From Saprospiraceae bacterium UBA7687 (GTDB taxonomy: Bacteria; Bacteroidota; Bacteroidia; Chitinophagales; Saprospiraceae): 64,000 bases of DNA. The stretch lies in the NCBI GenBank assembly GCA_002482845.1, contig DLGT01000084.1:13157-77156 (forward strand). Direction: 5' to 3'. Positions within the stretch are counted from its first letter, which is position 1. Every line of letters starts with the position of its first letter. The notes beneath the pieces are model-generated. The model saw only the letters and a list, made by a program, of their open reading frames with translations. It was not told the origin of the DNA and did not search any database. The translations under genes were made by a program, and so were the position numbers. Positions 1 to 10,141 of the stretch are shown in pieces.

Positions 1-1
1 T

Positions 2-1888
2 TTTGAAGCTTCTTTTATTGATAGTACCCTATTTTTTAGTAATTGTAACGAAGAGAAAGTGATAGATTTTGGTCTTCAGATAAACTGTATTGCTTCGACT
101 TCGTCACTTGAGTTACAATTTTGCGAAGGTGATTCTATCCAATATCTAAATCAAATGTATTTTACGCAAGTTCGAGATACTGTTACCGTAAAAAACATAG
201 CAGGCTGTGACTCTATTATTTATCTTAACATTAAGACATTGCCCAATCCGAATGTAGCACTTAAAACAGAAGCTACTTGCAATGACCATGCATCTGGTCA
301 ATTGACCATCCAAAACTTCTCGAATCAATTTCAATACTTCTTAAATGATTCCATTTTAATAAATGATTCGATTTTAACCAATATTTCATTGGGAACTTAC
401 AAATTGAAAGTGGTTAATAATGAAGGTTGTTCTACTAACCTACCCTTTTTCATAGATGGTTTACCGCCTATTTCATATGATGTTGACGCCCAAAACACAT
501 GCAAAAACAGCAATAATGGTTCTATCGACATTATAAGCCCAAATGGTTCTTTAATGTACAAATTCCAAGACGGTGCTACATATTCTTCCGTCCATAATTG
601 GTCTAATCTTGCAGCGGGGAACTACAATATATTTATGGTGGACGAACATGGTTGTTTAGATACAACATCTATCAACATTGACACTTTCTCATCACCATCT
701 TACTCCATTGAAGCTAAACCTTCATGTTTTGACAATGGCACTGGTACGATCCTATTAGATCTAAACAATGTAGTAAATTCTATCATTTGGAAAGAAGCAT
801 CTACAGGAAATGTCATAAACGAATTGGATAGTTTGTCTTATGGTAGGTATTTGATGACTATGGAAGATGCTTTTGGATGCATCACAGAAGATGATATATT
901 TATTGATAGTTTGACGCGTCCTTCTTTTAATTTCGCCATTATTCCGTCTTGTGAAAACAATGCATTTGGAACATTAATCATTCAAGATAGCGATCCATTA
1001 TTTTATTACCAAATTGACAACTTACCACCCTTCCAAGGAAATCAATCCTTTAAAAACTTATCTACAGGGCAACACCGTGTCATGGTAACAGATACTTTTG
1101 GTTGTACTTTGACGCAGACATTTGTGATAGAGATAGCACCATCTATTTTGCCTGACTTAATTTTTGCGACTACGAGTTCATGCATTGACAAACCATCAGG
1201 GAGTGTGATTATAAATAGTAATAGGGAAGCTTATTTTGAATTTAACGGATTAAGTTTTTCAAATGACACCATTATCAATAACCTAGCTTTTGGAAATTAT
1301 ATTTTTACAATTACGGATAGTTTAGGTTGCGAATATACGAAAGAAGTTAGTGTGGATACCCTTCCTGAAATCGCGGTCACATTCCCCACATTTGATGAAG
1401 ATTGTTATTTTAACCAAATAGAAATCATTCCTATGGTCACAAATCATGCTGGAAATATCTCTTACGAATGGAGTAGTGGAGACCAAAGTGCTAAAATCGT
1501 AGCCACGCAATCTGGCAATTATTCTGTTACAATTTCAGACCAATGTGAAAGCAGAAGTCAACAATGGAATTTAGATATTCAAGAAGAAAATATCCAAGAC
1601 TTAATTTATACACCGAATATTTTTTCAAGGCATAGCAAGGGAATTAATAATTGTTTCAAACCTACCTTCCATAAAGACATAGAAGTTTTAACTATTTATG
1701 TGAGAATCTTTGATAGGTGGGGAAATAAAGTATTTGAAACTAAGGAATTAAGTGGTTGTTGGGATGGATATTTCCAATCAAAACCTGCTGAAACAGGTGT
1801 TTATGTATTTATAATAGACTATAGCTACTTGCTTTGTAACGAATTAAAGACTGAAAGCAAGCATGGTGATGTTACTATTATTGAATAA
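2..1888 (+). CDS. Cell-surface repeat protein with T9SS type-B (gliding-motility-associated) C-terminal sorting domain; 5' end cut by the window
   Basis: The frame is open from nt 2, with no stop upstream of the GTG at 59. It has repeated ~75-aa Cys/Gly modules (CKNSNNGSIDI.., CENNAFGTLII.., CIDKPSGSVII..). The C-terminus 'YTPNIFS..NNCFKP..FDRWGNKVFE..WDG..GVYVF' is typical of type-B CTDs. Confidence 0.7.
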   Translation, partial: FEASFIDSTLFFSNCNEEKVIDFGLQINCIASTSSLELQFCEGDSIQYLNQMYFTQVRDTVTVKNIAGCDSIIYLNIKTLPNPNVALKTEATCNDHASGQLTIQNFSNQFQYFLNDSILINDSILTNISLGTYKLKVVNNEGCSTNLPFFIDGLPPISYDVDAQNTCKNSNNGSIDIISPNGSLMYKFQDGATYSSVHNWSNLAAGNYNIFMVDEHGCLDTTSINIDTFSSPSYSIEAKPSCFDNGTGTILLDLNNVVNSIIWKEASTGNVINELDSLSYGRYLMTMEDAFGCITEDDIFIDSLTRPSFNFAIIPSCENNAFGTLIIQDSDPLFYYQIDNLPPFQGNQSFKNLSTGQHRVMVTDTFGCTLTQTFVIEIAPSILPDLIFATTSSCIDKPSGSVIINSNREAYFEFNGLSFSNDTIINNLAFGNYIFTITDSLGCEYTKEVSVDTLPEIAVTFPTFDEDCYFNQIEIIPMVTNHAGNISYEWSSGDQSAKIVATQSGNYSVTISDQCESRSQQWNLDIQEENIQDLIYTPNIFSRHSKGINNCFKPTFHKDIEVLTIYVRIFDRWGNKVFETKELSGCWDGYFQSKPAETGVYVFIIDYSYLLCNELKTESKHGDVTIIE

Positions 1889-2258
1889 ACCTGGTGTATC
1901 TCAAATTTAAAATTCCTTATGTTTTACCTTGTCCTAAAGGTGACAAAATGAATTTCAAATTAGTATCTGTTCAAAAATGGAATACGCCCACCAAACCCAA
2001 GAATCAAATAATTACACATAAGACATATTTTCTTAATGTGTAAATCTTTTTTACTCCTGAAATTAACCGTACCTTTGCGATTCGGTCTAAAAAACAACAT
2101 ATTTTGTTGTTATAAAACACTTTATTAGGTATAGATAAGTCTATGTCAATGTAAAACAATAAAGCCCTTAATTAGCATAATGCGTTTTCAAACTTTTTTT
2201 TTTTGCAAAGCCATTATTTCAAACACATGCACACTAAATTTTAATTTTAAAAACAGAT

Positions 2259-3311
2259 ATGAAGTCTTTTTTACTAGTATTTACCACCGTTTTGAGTATC
2301 TTTTTAATAGGATGTAAAGAAAAAGAACAAACTTACTACAAGCTGACTGGACCTACAATGGGTACTACCTACCACATCACCATTCAGACGGACCAACCTG
2401 AGGCCATGAAAAATTCGATCGACTCTATATTGGCGGATTTTAATTATTCCATGTCGGCATATATTGATAGCAGTACTTTGACTTATTTTAATCAGGCAGA
2501 CAGCTTATTTTGCTTCGATCCGAAAAAAGATCCATATTTCGAACCAATATTTGTTAAGTCAAAAGAGATTTATGAAAAAACGAATGGTGCATTTGATCCA
2601 TCTATCGCGCCACTTGTGAATTATTATGGATTTGGATACAAAGAAAAAAAGATGTTGGAAAAATTAGATACTGTCGAAGTTAGAAGATTACTATCGCTGA
2701 TGGTATTTGATACATTGCAATTAACCAAAGACGAAATAGGAAATATATGCATTCAGAAACCGAATAAAAATGTAATGTTAGATTTCAACTCCCTATCTCC
2801 TGGATACGCTGTTGATGTTATAGCAGATTTTTTCAATAAAAAGGGGCTTCGAAACTATATGATCAATCTTGGTGGTGAAATCACAGCTTTAGGTGTCAAT
2901 GATAAAAAGGAAGAATGGGTCATAGGTATTAATAAGCCTGCAGAAGGTGCTGCTGAATCAGAAATAGAATTACCACTATTGATTTCGAATAAATCATTGG
3001 CCACAAGTGGAAATTATAGAAATGCCTATGAATCCAAAGGACAGAAATTCGCACATATAATTAATCCATTTACAGGAATGAGCCAACCTACAGACATTCT
3101 TAGCGCTACTGTCATTGCTGACGATTGTATTTCGGCTGATGCATACGCAACTGCTTTTATGGTACTAGGCTTAGAAAAATCTTTGGAACTTGTAGAACAA
3201 TTAAAAGGGATAGAAGCTTGTTTTATATATGATAACGAAGGTGACGGCGTATTCGAATTTAAAATAAGTGAAGGTTTTTCTAAATACTACCTTCATAACG
3301 AACAACAATAA
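2259..3311 (+). CDS. apbE: ApbE-family FAD:protein FMN transferase, lipoprotein
   Basis: Lipobox LIGC. ApbE-like motifs are present: GPTMGTTYHI, FDPSIAPLVNYYGFG, SPGYAVD, LATSGNYRN, HIINPFTG. Confidence 0.8.
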   Translation: MKSFLLVFTTVLSIFLIGCKEKEQTYYKLTGPTMGTTYHITIQTDQPEAMKNSIDSILADFNYSMSAYIDSSTLTYFNQADSLFCFDPKKDPYFEPIFVKSKEIYEKTNGAFDPSIAPLVNYYGFGYKEKKMLEKLDTVEVRRLLSLMVFDTLQLTKDEIGNICIQKPNKNVMLDFNSLSPGYAVDVIADFFNKKGLRNYMINLGGEITALGVNDKKEEWVIGINKPAEGAAESEIELPLLISNKSLATSGNYRNAYESKGQKFAHIINPFTGMSQPTDILSATVIADDCISADAYATAFMVLGLEKSLELVEQLKGIEACFIYDNEGDGVFEFKISEGFSKYYLHNEQQ

Positions 3312-3327
3312 TAACAAGCAAAACAAA

Positions 3328-4149
3328 ATGGATATAAAATTAAACCTAGATCGAGACATCGTTTTTTTTGATATAGAATCTACAGGACTTAATGTCATCA
3401 AAGACAGAATATTACAAATTGCTCTTATAAAATACTCTAAGGACAAAGATGAGCCTGAAGAACTATTTATGCTTATCAATCCAGGTGTGCCGATTTCTGA
3501 AGAAGCTTTTGCAGTACATGGGATCAGTAACGATATGATCAGAAATAAACCAACGTTCGCACAGGTAGGTAAACAAATTTATGATTTCATTGGAAATGCA
3601 GATCTTGGTGGTTACAATTCTGATAGGTTTGATATCCCTATGATAATGGAAGAATTTCATCGTATAGGTTTGGATTTTGATATCAGTAAGAGAAGGTTGA
3701 TCGACGCTCAAAAGATTTTTTACAAAATGGAGCCACGTACACTCAAGGCAGCTTACAAGCTGTATTGTAATGGCAATCTCGATGATGCACATGACGCTCT
3801 TGCAGACGCACGTGCTACCGTGGAAGTTTTTAAAGGACAACTCTTGAGATATCAAGATGTGGACTATACGGATCCTGATGGAAATGTACAAGCAGCACCT
3901 ATCAAAAATGACATTGGCGCTATTGCTGATTTTATTTATGATCCATCAATGCTAGATGCTACCCAACGACTTAAGACCAATGCTAAAGGAGAAGTTGTCT
4001 TTAATTTCGGAAAGTATAATAGCCAATTAGTTTCTCATGTATTCAAGATAGAACCAAATTATTACCATTGGATCATGGAAAAAGATTTTTCAGCACAAGT
4101 GAAAATGATCGTTAAAAAGATCTATGACGAAATGAGAAAACCAAGCTAA
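3328..4149 (+). CDS. DEDDh (DnaQ-like) 3'-5' exonuclease domain protein with C-terminal extension
   Basis: Exo I FFDIESTGL, Exo II AFAVHGIS/YNSDRFDIPM, Exo III HDALADARAT. The ATG at 3328 is chosen over the track start 3268, which overlaps apbE. Confidence 0.75.
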   Translation: MDIKLNLDRDIVFFDIESTGLNVIKDRILQIALIKYSKDKDEPEELFMLINPGVPISEEAFAVHGISNDMIRNKPTFAQVGKQIYDFIGNADLGGYNSDRFDIPMIMEEFHRIGLDFDISKRRLIDAQKIFYKMEPRTLKAAYKLYCNGNLDDAHDALADARATVEVFKGQLLRYQDVDYTDPDGNVQAAPIKNDIGAIADFIYDPSMLDATQRLKTNAKGEVVFNFGKYNSQLVSHVFKIEPNYYHWIMEKDFSAQVKMIVKKIYDEMRKPS

Positions 4150-4160
4150 ATTAAAACAAA

Positions 4161-4955
4161 ATGGGTAATATTGCCATAAAGATATCTATCGTAGTTTTGA
4201 TATCATTTTTGATGTCTTGTTACACACGCAAAGAAGCATGTTTGGATGTTTTGGCTTCCAATTATGATGTTTCCGCTGATGATGCTTGTCCAGACTGCTG
4301 CACATTTCCCAAGTTAAAATTAGAAATTCAACATTTTGTAAAAGACTCGGTTTATAAATCTGATTCTTTTTACGTAAATGAGCTAAATCAAGCTTTCAAA
4401 ATTCTAGATGTAAGATATTATCTCCATTCCTTTGAGTTATTCAATAATGAAACTGGCAAAAAAGTGGTCCTTGAGACTATCAAAAATCAAGACAGTACAC
4501 TGATCATTCCCGATGATATAAAAATTTATAGGTCTGTGGACGCTTCTATAGAAATAGGTAGTTTAAGAGATAATGGTACCTATGATTCGCTCACTTTTTA
4601 CCTTGGCCTCAAGGATGAGATATTGACAAATGATTTTATAAATCTACCGAGTACACATGTCTTGTTACCTAACAATAGATTAAAGAATTTAGAAGGAGAT
4701 TATGCCCATTTTACAGTCAGAATAGAACCATTAAATACACTCATAGGAATTAGAAACTTTCAGGTTACTGGATTAGGCATTTCAGAACCATACACCATCA
4801 AAACGCCAATAACAACTACCAAAGGTGTGGCGCCTAGCTTCAAATTAAAAGCTAACTATGATGAATTGTTTAAAAACATCGATATAACAGATAGCACAAA
4901 TGTCATAGAAAATGCTTTAAAACAAAACATTAAAAAGGTTTTGATCGTTAATTAA
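4161..4955 (+). CDS. Hypothetical lipoprotein, tightly coupled to the downstream di-haem peroxidase
   Basis: Lipobox FLMSC. There is a 14-nt gap to the next gene. No catalytic motif was recognised. The protein contains no Trp. Confidence 0.55.
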   Translation: MGNIAIKISIVVLISFLMSCYTRKEACLDVLASNYDVSADDACPDCCTFPKLKLEIQHFVKDSVYKSDSFYVNELNQAFKILDVRYYLHSFELFNNETGKKVVLETIKNQDSTLIIPDDIKIYRSVDASIEIGSLRDNGTYDSLTFYLGLKDEILTNDFINLPSTHVLLPNNRLKNLEGDYAHFTVRIEPLNTLIGIRNFQVTGLGISEPYTIKTPITTTKGVAPSFKLKANYDELFKNIDITDSTNVIENALKQNIKKVLIVN

Positions 4956-4969
4956 TAAAAGACATCATT

Positions 4970-6079
4970 ATGAAGGCATTCAAGGTATTTTCGCTTCTAA
5001 TTGTTCTTACATTTATCGTTATATCTTGTAATGATGATTGCCCTGAAGATCAAGGTGATGATTTAATATCCTTCCCATATAATCCTGAAAGTTATACATT
5101 GGATTTGCCCCCACATTATCCACAAATGTTTATTCCTAATGACAATCCATTTACTAAACAAGGCATCACGCTAGGACGTCATCTATTTTACGACCCTATT
5201 TTATCCGCAGATAGCTCTATGTCATGTGCGTCTTGCCATTTACCATCATTAGCATTTGCAGATGGTAAGTCAGTGAGCCGTGGCATTGATGGTATTGCAG
5301 GCACTAGGAGTTCTATGAGCTTAATTAATGTAGGATTTGTGCAATCTGGACTTTTCTGGGATGGTAGGGCAAAAACATTAGAAGAACAAGCGCTTTTACC
5401 TGTGGAAGATCCAATAGAATTACACCATACCTGGCCGCAAGTAGTAGAAAAATTAAAAAAACACCCAAGTTATCCACGTATGTTTAGAGAAGCATTCGGT
5501 ATAACAAATAGAGATCAAATCACCAAAGAATTAGCTGCCAAAGCGATTGCGCAATTCGAAAGAATCATTATATCAAAAGACTCAAAATTTGATAGAGTCG
5601 AACAGAACAATGACATATACTCAGATCAAGAGTTGATGGGTTATGGTATCTTTTTTGACATTGATCCTGATCTTCCTGATGGCGAGTGTGCGCACTGTCA
5701 TAATACGCCATTGGCAACATCAGACGCATTTTTTAATAATGGACTGAATGAATCTACCACCTTAGATGGTTTTCCTGATTTAGGTCGTGGGAAGATCAGC
5801 GGTTCTAAAGCTGACAATGGAAAGTTTAGGGCGACTACACTTCGTAATATCAGATATTCAGCGCCCTACATGCACGATGGTAGATTCAGTACTTTTGATC
5901 AGGTACTTGAACATTATCTTTCTGGTGGTAAATCTTCTCCTAACAAGGATGCTCTAATTGGCGATATAAATAAAAACAAGCTAAAACCTGTCCATATAGA
6001 AGCTTTAAAAGCTTTTATCAATACATTTGAAGATACGCTTTTCTTCAGTAATCCTGAACTTCAGAATCCTTTTAACTAA
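4970..6079 (+). CDS. Di-haem cytochrome c peroxidase (CCP/MauG/MbnH family)
   Basis: Two CxxCH haem sites (CASCH, CAHCH), a lipoprotein-type signal (ISC), and PYMHDGRF near the C-terminus. Confidence 0.85.
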   Translation: MKAFKVFSLLIVLTFIVISCNDDCPEDQGDDLISFPYNPESYTLDLPPHYPQMFIPNDNPFTKQGITLGRHLFYDPILSADSSMSCASCHLPSLAFADGKSVSRGIDGIAGTRSSMSLINVGFVQSGLFWDGRAKTLEEQALLPVEDPIELHHTWPQVVEKLKKHPSYPRMFREAFGITNRDQITKELAAKAIAQFERIIISKDSKFDRVEQNNDIYSDQELMGYGIFFDIDPDLPDGECAHCHNTPLATSDAFFNNGLNESTTLDGFPDLGRGKISGSKADNGKFRATTLRNIRYSAPYMHDGRFSTFDQVLEHYLSGGKSSPNKDALIGDINKNKLKPVHIEALKAFINTFEDTLFFSNPELQNPFN

Positions 6080-6288
6080 TAAATTATTGGCGTTGTGGTT
6101 TATTATACCTGACATTAAGCTTGAGATAAAAAGTTTTGGGAATATAATATTTACACAGTCTTCACATAAATTTAGGGAAATGATATCCTACTGTTTCTGA
6201 AGCAGTTTGTAGATACCATCTTTACGAAAATACAAGTATAGTTTAACAAATTTCAGTGCTAAAATATTTTTATCACCAAAAAATGAAA

Positions 6289-6296
6289 TATATTTG
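6289..6296 (+). promoter_or_regulatory. Candidate Bacteroidota -7 promoter box (TATATTTG) upstream of gap
   Basis: Exact match to the TAnnTTTG consensus, 144 nt upstream of the gap ATG. A second near match, TATCTTTA, lies at 6404-6411. Confidence 0.25.
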
Positions 6297-6439
6297 CACC
6301 GAAATTTAGTTTTGTTTATATTGCTTAAACTTATTGAATTAAAAAGTAGTTTATACTAATATCAAGCAAAAGCAAAATTTTGTTCTCAAAACATTATTAT
6401 TGTTATCTTTACACTAAGTAATTAAAAATCAAAATTATC

Positions 6440-7450
6440 ATGGCAAAAAAAAGAATCGCTATCAATGGTTTCGGAAGAATCGGAAAGCTAGTATTCAGAC
6501 AGATTTACAACATGGAAGGCATAGATGTTGTTGCTATCAATGACTTAACCAGTCCAGAAGTGTTGGCTCACCTTTTAAAGTACGATACGGCTCAAGGTAG
6601 ATTTACAGAAGATGTAAAAGCTGGTCCAGATAGTATTTTTGTAAATGGCGAAGAAATCAAAGTTTATGCTCAAAGAGATCCTTCTCAAATTCCTTGGGCA
6701 GCACATGATGTAGATGTGGTTCTAGAGTGTACAGGATTCTTTACAGATAAAGCAAAGGCAGAAGCGCACATCACAGCAGGTGCTAAAAAAGTAGTTATTT
6801 CTGCTCCAGCTACAGGTGATCTAAAAACTGTTGTTTATAATGTAAACCATGAGATATTAGATGGTACAGAGACAGTCATTAGTTGTGCTAGTTGTACAAC
6901 CAATTGTCTTGCACCTATGGCTCAAGTTTTAGAAGAAAAATATGGTATCGTGAGCGGTTTGATGACCACTATCCATGCTTATACCAATGATCAAAATACG
7001 CAGGACTCACCACACGCTAAAGGGGATCTAAGAAGAGCAAGAGCAGCTGCACAAAACATTGTACCTAATAGTACAGGTGCTGCAAAAGCAATTGGTTTAG
7101 TTTTACCAAGCTTAAAAGGTAAATTAGATGGTGGCGCACAAAGAGTTCCTACATTGACTGGTTCATTGACAGAGTTATTCACCATTCTTAATGCTAAAGT
7201 AACTGTTGACGAAGTAAATGCCGCTATGAAAGCTGCTGCAAATGAAAGTTTTGGATACAATGAAGACGAAATTGTAAGCAGCGACATCATAGGTACAACT
7301 TATGGTAGTTTATTTGATGCAACTCAAACAAAAGTAATCGCTAATGGTGATGCACAGCTTGTAAAAACAGTAAGCTGGTATGACAATGAGATGAGTTATG
7401 TATCTCAATTGGTACGTACCTTAAATCATTTTGCAGGATTAATAAAATAA
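6440..7450 (+). CDS. gap: Type I glyceraldehyde-3-phosphate dehydrogenase
   Basis: INGFGRIGK Rossmann motif, active-site SCTTNCLAP, and WYDNE near the C-terminus. Confidence 0.95.
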   Translation: MAKKRIAINGFGRIGKLVFRQIYNMEGIDVVAINDLTSPEVLAHLLKYDTAQGRFTEDVKAGPDSIFVNGEEIKVYAQRDPSQIPWAAHDVDVVLECTGFFTDKAKAEAHITAGAKKVVISAPATGDLKTVVYNVNHEILDGTETVISCASCTTNCLAPMAQVLEEKYGIVSGLMTTIHAYTNDQNTQDSPHAKGDLRRARAAAQNIVPNSTGAAKAIGLVLPSLKGKLDGGAQRVPTLTGSLTELFTILNAKVTVDEVNAAMKAAANESFGYNEDEIVSSDIIGTTYGSLFDATQTKVIANGDAQLVKTVSWYDNEMSYVSQLVRTLNHFAGLIK

Positions 7451-7464
7451 CATTACAGATATCA

Positions 7465-7501
7465 AAGGGTGATTGGATTTTTCTAGTCACCCTTTTTTTT
7501 T
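7465..7501 (+). terminator. Rho-independent terminator after gap
   Basis: Stem AAGGGTGA (7465-7472) / TCACCCTT (7487-7494) followed by a T-run. Confidence 0.75.
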
Positions 7502-7583
7502 GCTTTTAAAATACTTGTTTATATTGGAGAGTTAATCAAAACATACCAATAAAATTCTTCACAACATTTAAATAATAAAGGAT

Positions 7584-8780
7584 ATGATTTCTTTTCAAGA
7601 TACCAATTTCAAAGACAAAAAAGTGGTCATGCGTGTGGACTTTAATGTTCCACTAGATGGTGAATTTCAAGTGACGGATGACACTAGAATTGCTGGCGCA
7701 GAAGCAACTATTAAAAAAATATTACATGATGGCGGTAGTGTTGTACTAATGAGTCACTTAGGGAGACCCAAAGGTGGCCCAGAAGAAAAATACTCACTAA
7801 AACACATCATCCCTACCCTTTCTAAATATTTTGAAGGAGTAACTATTCATTTTGCTGACGATTGTATTTCAGAAGATGCATTTAGTAAATCAGCTGGTCT
7901 GAAACCAGGAGAACTGTTATTGCTCGAAAACCTAAGATTTTATCCAGAAGAAGAAAAAGGTAACGCTGAGTTTGCAGAAAAGCTAAGCAAACATGGTGAC
8001 ATATATATCAATGATGCATTCGGGACAGCACATAGAGAGCACGCTTCGACAGCGACTATTGCTAGATACTTTGATACAAACCATAAAGGCTTTGGTTACT
8101 TGATGGCTGAGGAAGTGGAGAATGCCACAAAACTGCTCCATGGATCAGAAAAACCAGTTACAGCAATAATAGGTGGAGCAAAAGTTTCAGATAAAATCCA
8201 GCTTTTAGAAAGATTGATAGATAGTATGGATAACATCTTGATTGGTGGTGGCATGGCTTATACTTTTCTTTCTGCTTTAGGTGGTAAGATAGGTACATCA
8301 CTATTCGAGCCAGATTATGTGGAACTTGCACTAAAAATTATGGATAAGGCCAAAGCTAGTAATACAGCCATCTATCTGCCTACGGACAATATCGCAGCAG
8401 ATAGATTTGCGCCAGATGCAGACAGTAAAGAAGTAGATAGTTACCATATCCCTGATGGATGGATGGGACTCGATATAGGGCCAAAGACGATAGCTGAATT
8501 TTCAGGCATTATAAAGACTTCTAAGACCATACTTTGGAATGGACCAATGGGTGTTTTCGAATTTGAGAAATTTGCAACTGGTACTTTTTCTGTAGCAAAA
8601 GCTTTAGCAGAAGCTACAGATGGTGGCGCATTTTCATTAATAGGTGGTGGAGATAGCGCATCAGCTATAAATAAATCAGGTCTAGAAGACAGGGTAAGTT
8701 TTGTATCTACAGGAGGTGGAGCAATGCTAGAATTCCTTGAAGGCAAAGAATTGCCAGGTATTAAAGCAATGGAAGATTAA
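7584..8780 (+). CDS. pgk: Phosphoglycerate kinase
   Basis: RVDFNVP, SHLGRP and GGGDS motifs; full-length 398 aa. Confidence 0.95.
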   Translation: MISFQDTNFKDKKVVMRVDFNVPLDGEFQVTDDTRIAGAEATIKKILHDGGSVVLMSHLGRPKGGPEEKYSLKHIIPTLSKYFEGVTIHFADDCISEDAFSKSAGLKPGELLLLENLRFYPEEEKGNAEFAEKLSKHGDIYINDAFGTAHREHASTATIARYFDTNHKGFGYLMAEEVENATKLLHGSEKPVTAIIGGAKVSDKIQLLERLIDSMDNILIGGGMAYTFLSALGGKIGTSLFEPDYVELALKIMDKAKASNTAIYLPTDNIAADRFAPDADSKEVDSYHIPDGWMGLDIGPKTIAEFSGIIKTSKTILWNGPMGVFEFEKFATGTFSVAKALAEATDGGAFSLIGGGDSASAINKSGLEDRVSFVSTGGGAMLEFLEGKELPGIKAMED

Positions 8781-8808
8781 TTGAATTAATTTTTTTAGTA
8801 TATAAATT

Positions 8809-8848
8809 AAAGAGCCATATTCAGCTTACGTTAAATATGGCTCTTTAA
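8809..8848. terminator. Hairpin between convergent pgk and the PEGA lipoprotein gene (possible bidirectional terminator)
   Basis: 12-bp perfect stem AAAGAGCCATAT / ATATGGCTCTTT. The flanking T/A runs are only modest. Confidence 0.5.
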
Positions 8849-8869
8849 AATTAATTTCTTTAGAAAAGA

Positions 8870-9394
8870 TTATTCTACACCATCCAAAATTTTCTTTTTT
8901 TCTTTTTCAAACTCTTCTTGTGTAATTATTTTTTCATCCAATAATTGTTTTAATTCTCTAAGCTTTTCTGCTTTAGTTTGATTTTTTTGACTAGATTTAA
9001 TCTTAGTATCAGTCACAACTTCTATATTTTCAGATACGCCACTATCCGATTTTGAAACAAGTTCATAAAAATGAACAGGTTCATATTTCATAGTCCACAA
9101 AAATGGAACAAGCACAAAAAGACCACCAATGATTGCTCCAACATCTGCAGCTTCATCTCTTGAAAATGATGTATTTAAAGTTTCATAGCCTTCAAGCTCT
9201 AATTTAACACTTGTAGAACTACCAACTATTTTAGTATCAGAGTGTCTATATGGTGTTTTCCCTACAGACATACCATTCAAATACACTTTAGCTCCCGGTG
9301 GCTTTGATTCTATCATAGTGGTGCTTGAGCAACTACTTAGAAAAATAGTTAAAGCTGTAAATAAGCCTATAAATTTATAACATTTACTTTTCAT
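8870..9394 (-). CDS. PEGA-domain lipoprotein with C-terminal SHOCT-like domain
   Basis: Lipobox LSSC, the PEGA-like motif PPGAKVYLNGMSVGKTPY, a TM segment, and a C-terminal 'LRELKQLLDEKIITQEEFEKEKKKIL'. Confidence 0.6.
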   Translation of the reverse strand: MKSKCYKFIGLFTALTIFLSSCSSTTMIESKPPGAKVYLNGMSVGKTPYRHSDTKIVGSSTSVKLELEGYETLNTSFSRDEAADVGAIIGGLFVLVPFLWTMKYEPVHFYELVSKSDSGVSENIEVVTDTKIKSSQKNQTKAEKLRELKQLLDEKIITQEEFEKEKKKILDGVE

Positions 9395-9549
9395 ATTGAT
9401 ATATTATTTTTATAAAAATGAAATTACAAACATAAAAATACCATGAATATTCTGATTTAGTCTTAGATTTCCTCTTGTGTATTTCCCACAAAACTAATTA
9501 AACATTTTAAAGCAAGGTCAAAATTTGAAAATATTTTTTAATACTTATT

Positions 9550-10056
9550 TCATTTCTTCTTTACCTTACTCAGTATCTTGGCTACAGTTTCTTCAGGACT
9601 GCTATTATTTACAATTTTCACTTTGGCAACTTTGTAAAATGCCTCTCTTTGTTGAAGAATTTCCTTTAGTTTTTTTTCTCTTTCTTTTTGTAATAAGTCT
9701 TTGATAAGCGGTCTTTGTGTATCGTCTTTCAACCGATCTGCCAAAACAGCAGGTTTGGTATTTAAGTACACTGTTTTACCTTTAACGTTCATGATGTCCA
9801 TAACGCCTTCTATACATGGAAGACCTCCTCCTGTCGCAACGATACAGTTTGTCATCTTCCAAGTTGAAATTAATTCTTTCTCCAATGCTCTAAAATATGC
9901 TTCACCTTGATGATCGAATATTTCTTGAACGGATTTGCCTTCTATACTTGTGATAATTTCGTCTGTATCATAAAAAGGTAGCTGCCATTCGTAAGAAAGC
10001 ATTTTACCGATGGTGGTTTTGCCACTTCCCATCATCCCTACTAGAAATACAAGCAT
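9550..10056 (-). CDS. aroK: Shikimate kinase
   Basis: P-loop GMMGSGKTTIGK, FYDTD and ATGGG motifs; 168 aa. Confidence 0.9.
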   Translation of the reverse strand: MLVFLVGMMGSGKTTIGKMLSYEWQLPFYDTDEIITSIEGKSVQEIFDHQGEAYFRALEKELISTWKMTNCIVATGGGLPCIEGVMDIMNVKGKTVYLNTKPAVLADRLKDDTQRPLIKDLLQKEREKKLKEILQQREAFYKVAKVKIVNNSSPEETVAKILSKVKKK

Positions 10057-10141
10057 AAAGTTTTGTTTTATATTTTGTAAAAAAGAAAAGCGATACAGTT
10101 AAGATTAACTGTACCGCCTTCGTTTTGTTTAGATATATTGG

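Noticed and set aside
2070-2208. Possible small RNA: a TACCTTTG -7 box at 2070-2077 followed ~125 nt later by a T12 run.
   Set aside because: No convincing terminator stem precedes the T-run, and the promoter box may simply serve apbE through a long leader. This cannot be judged without transcript data.
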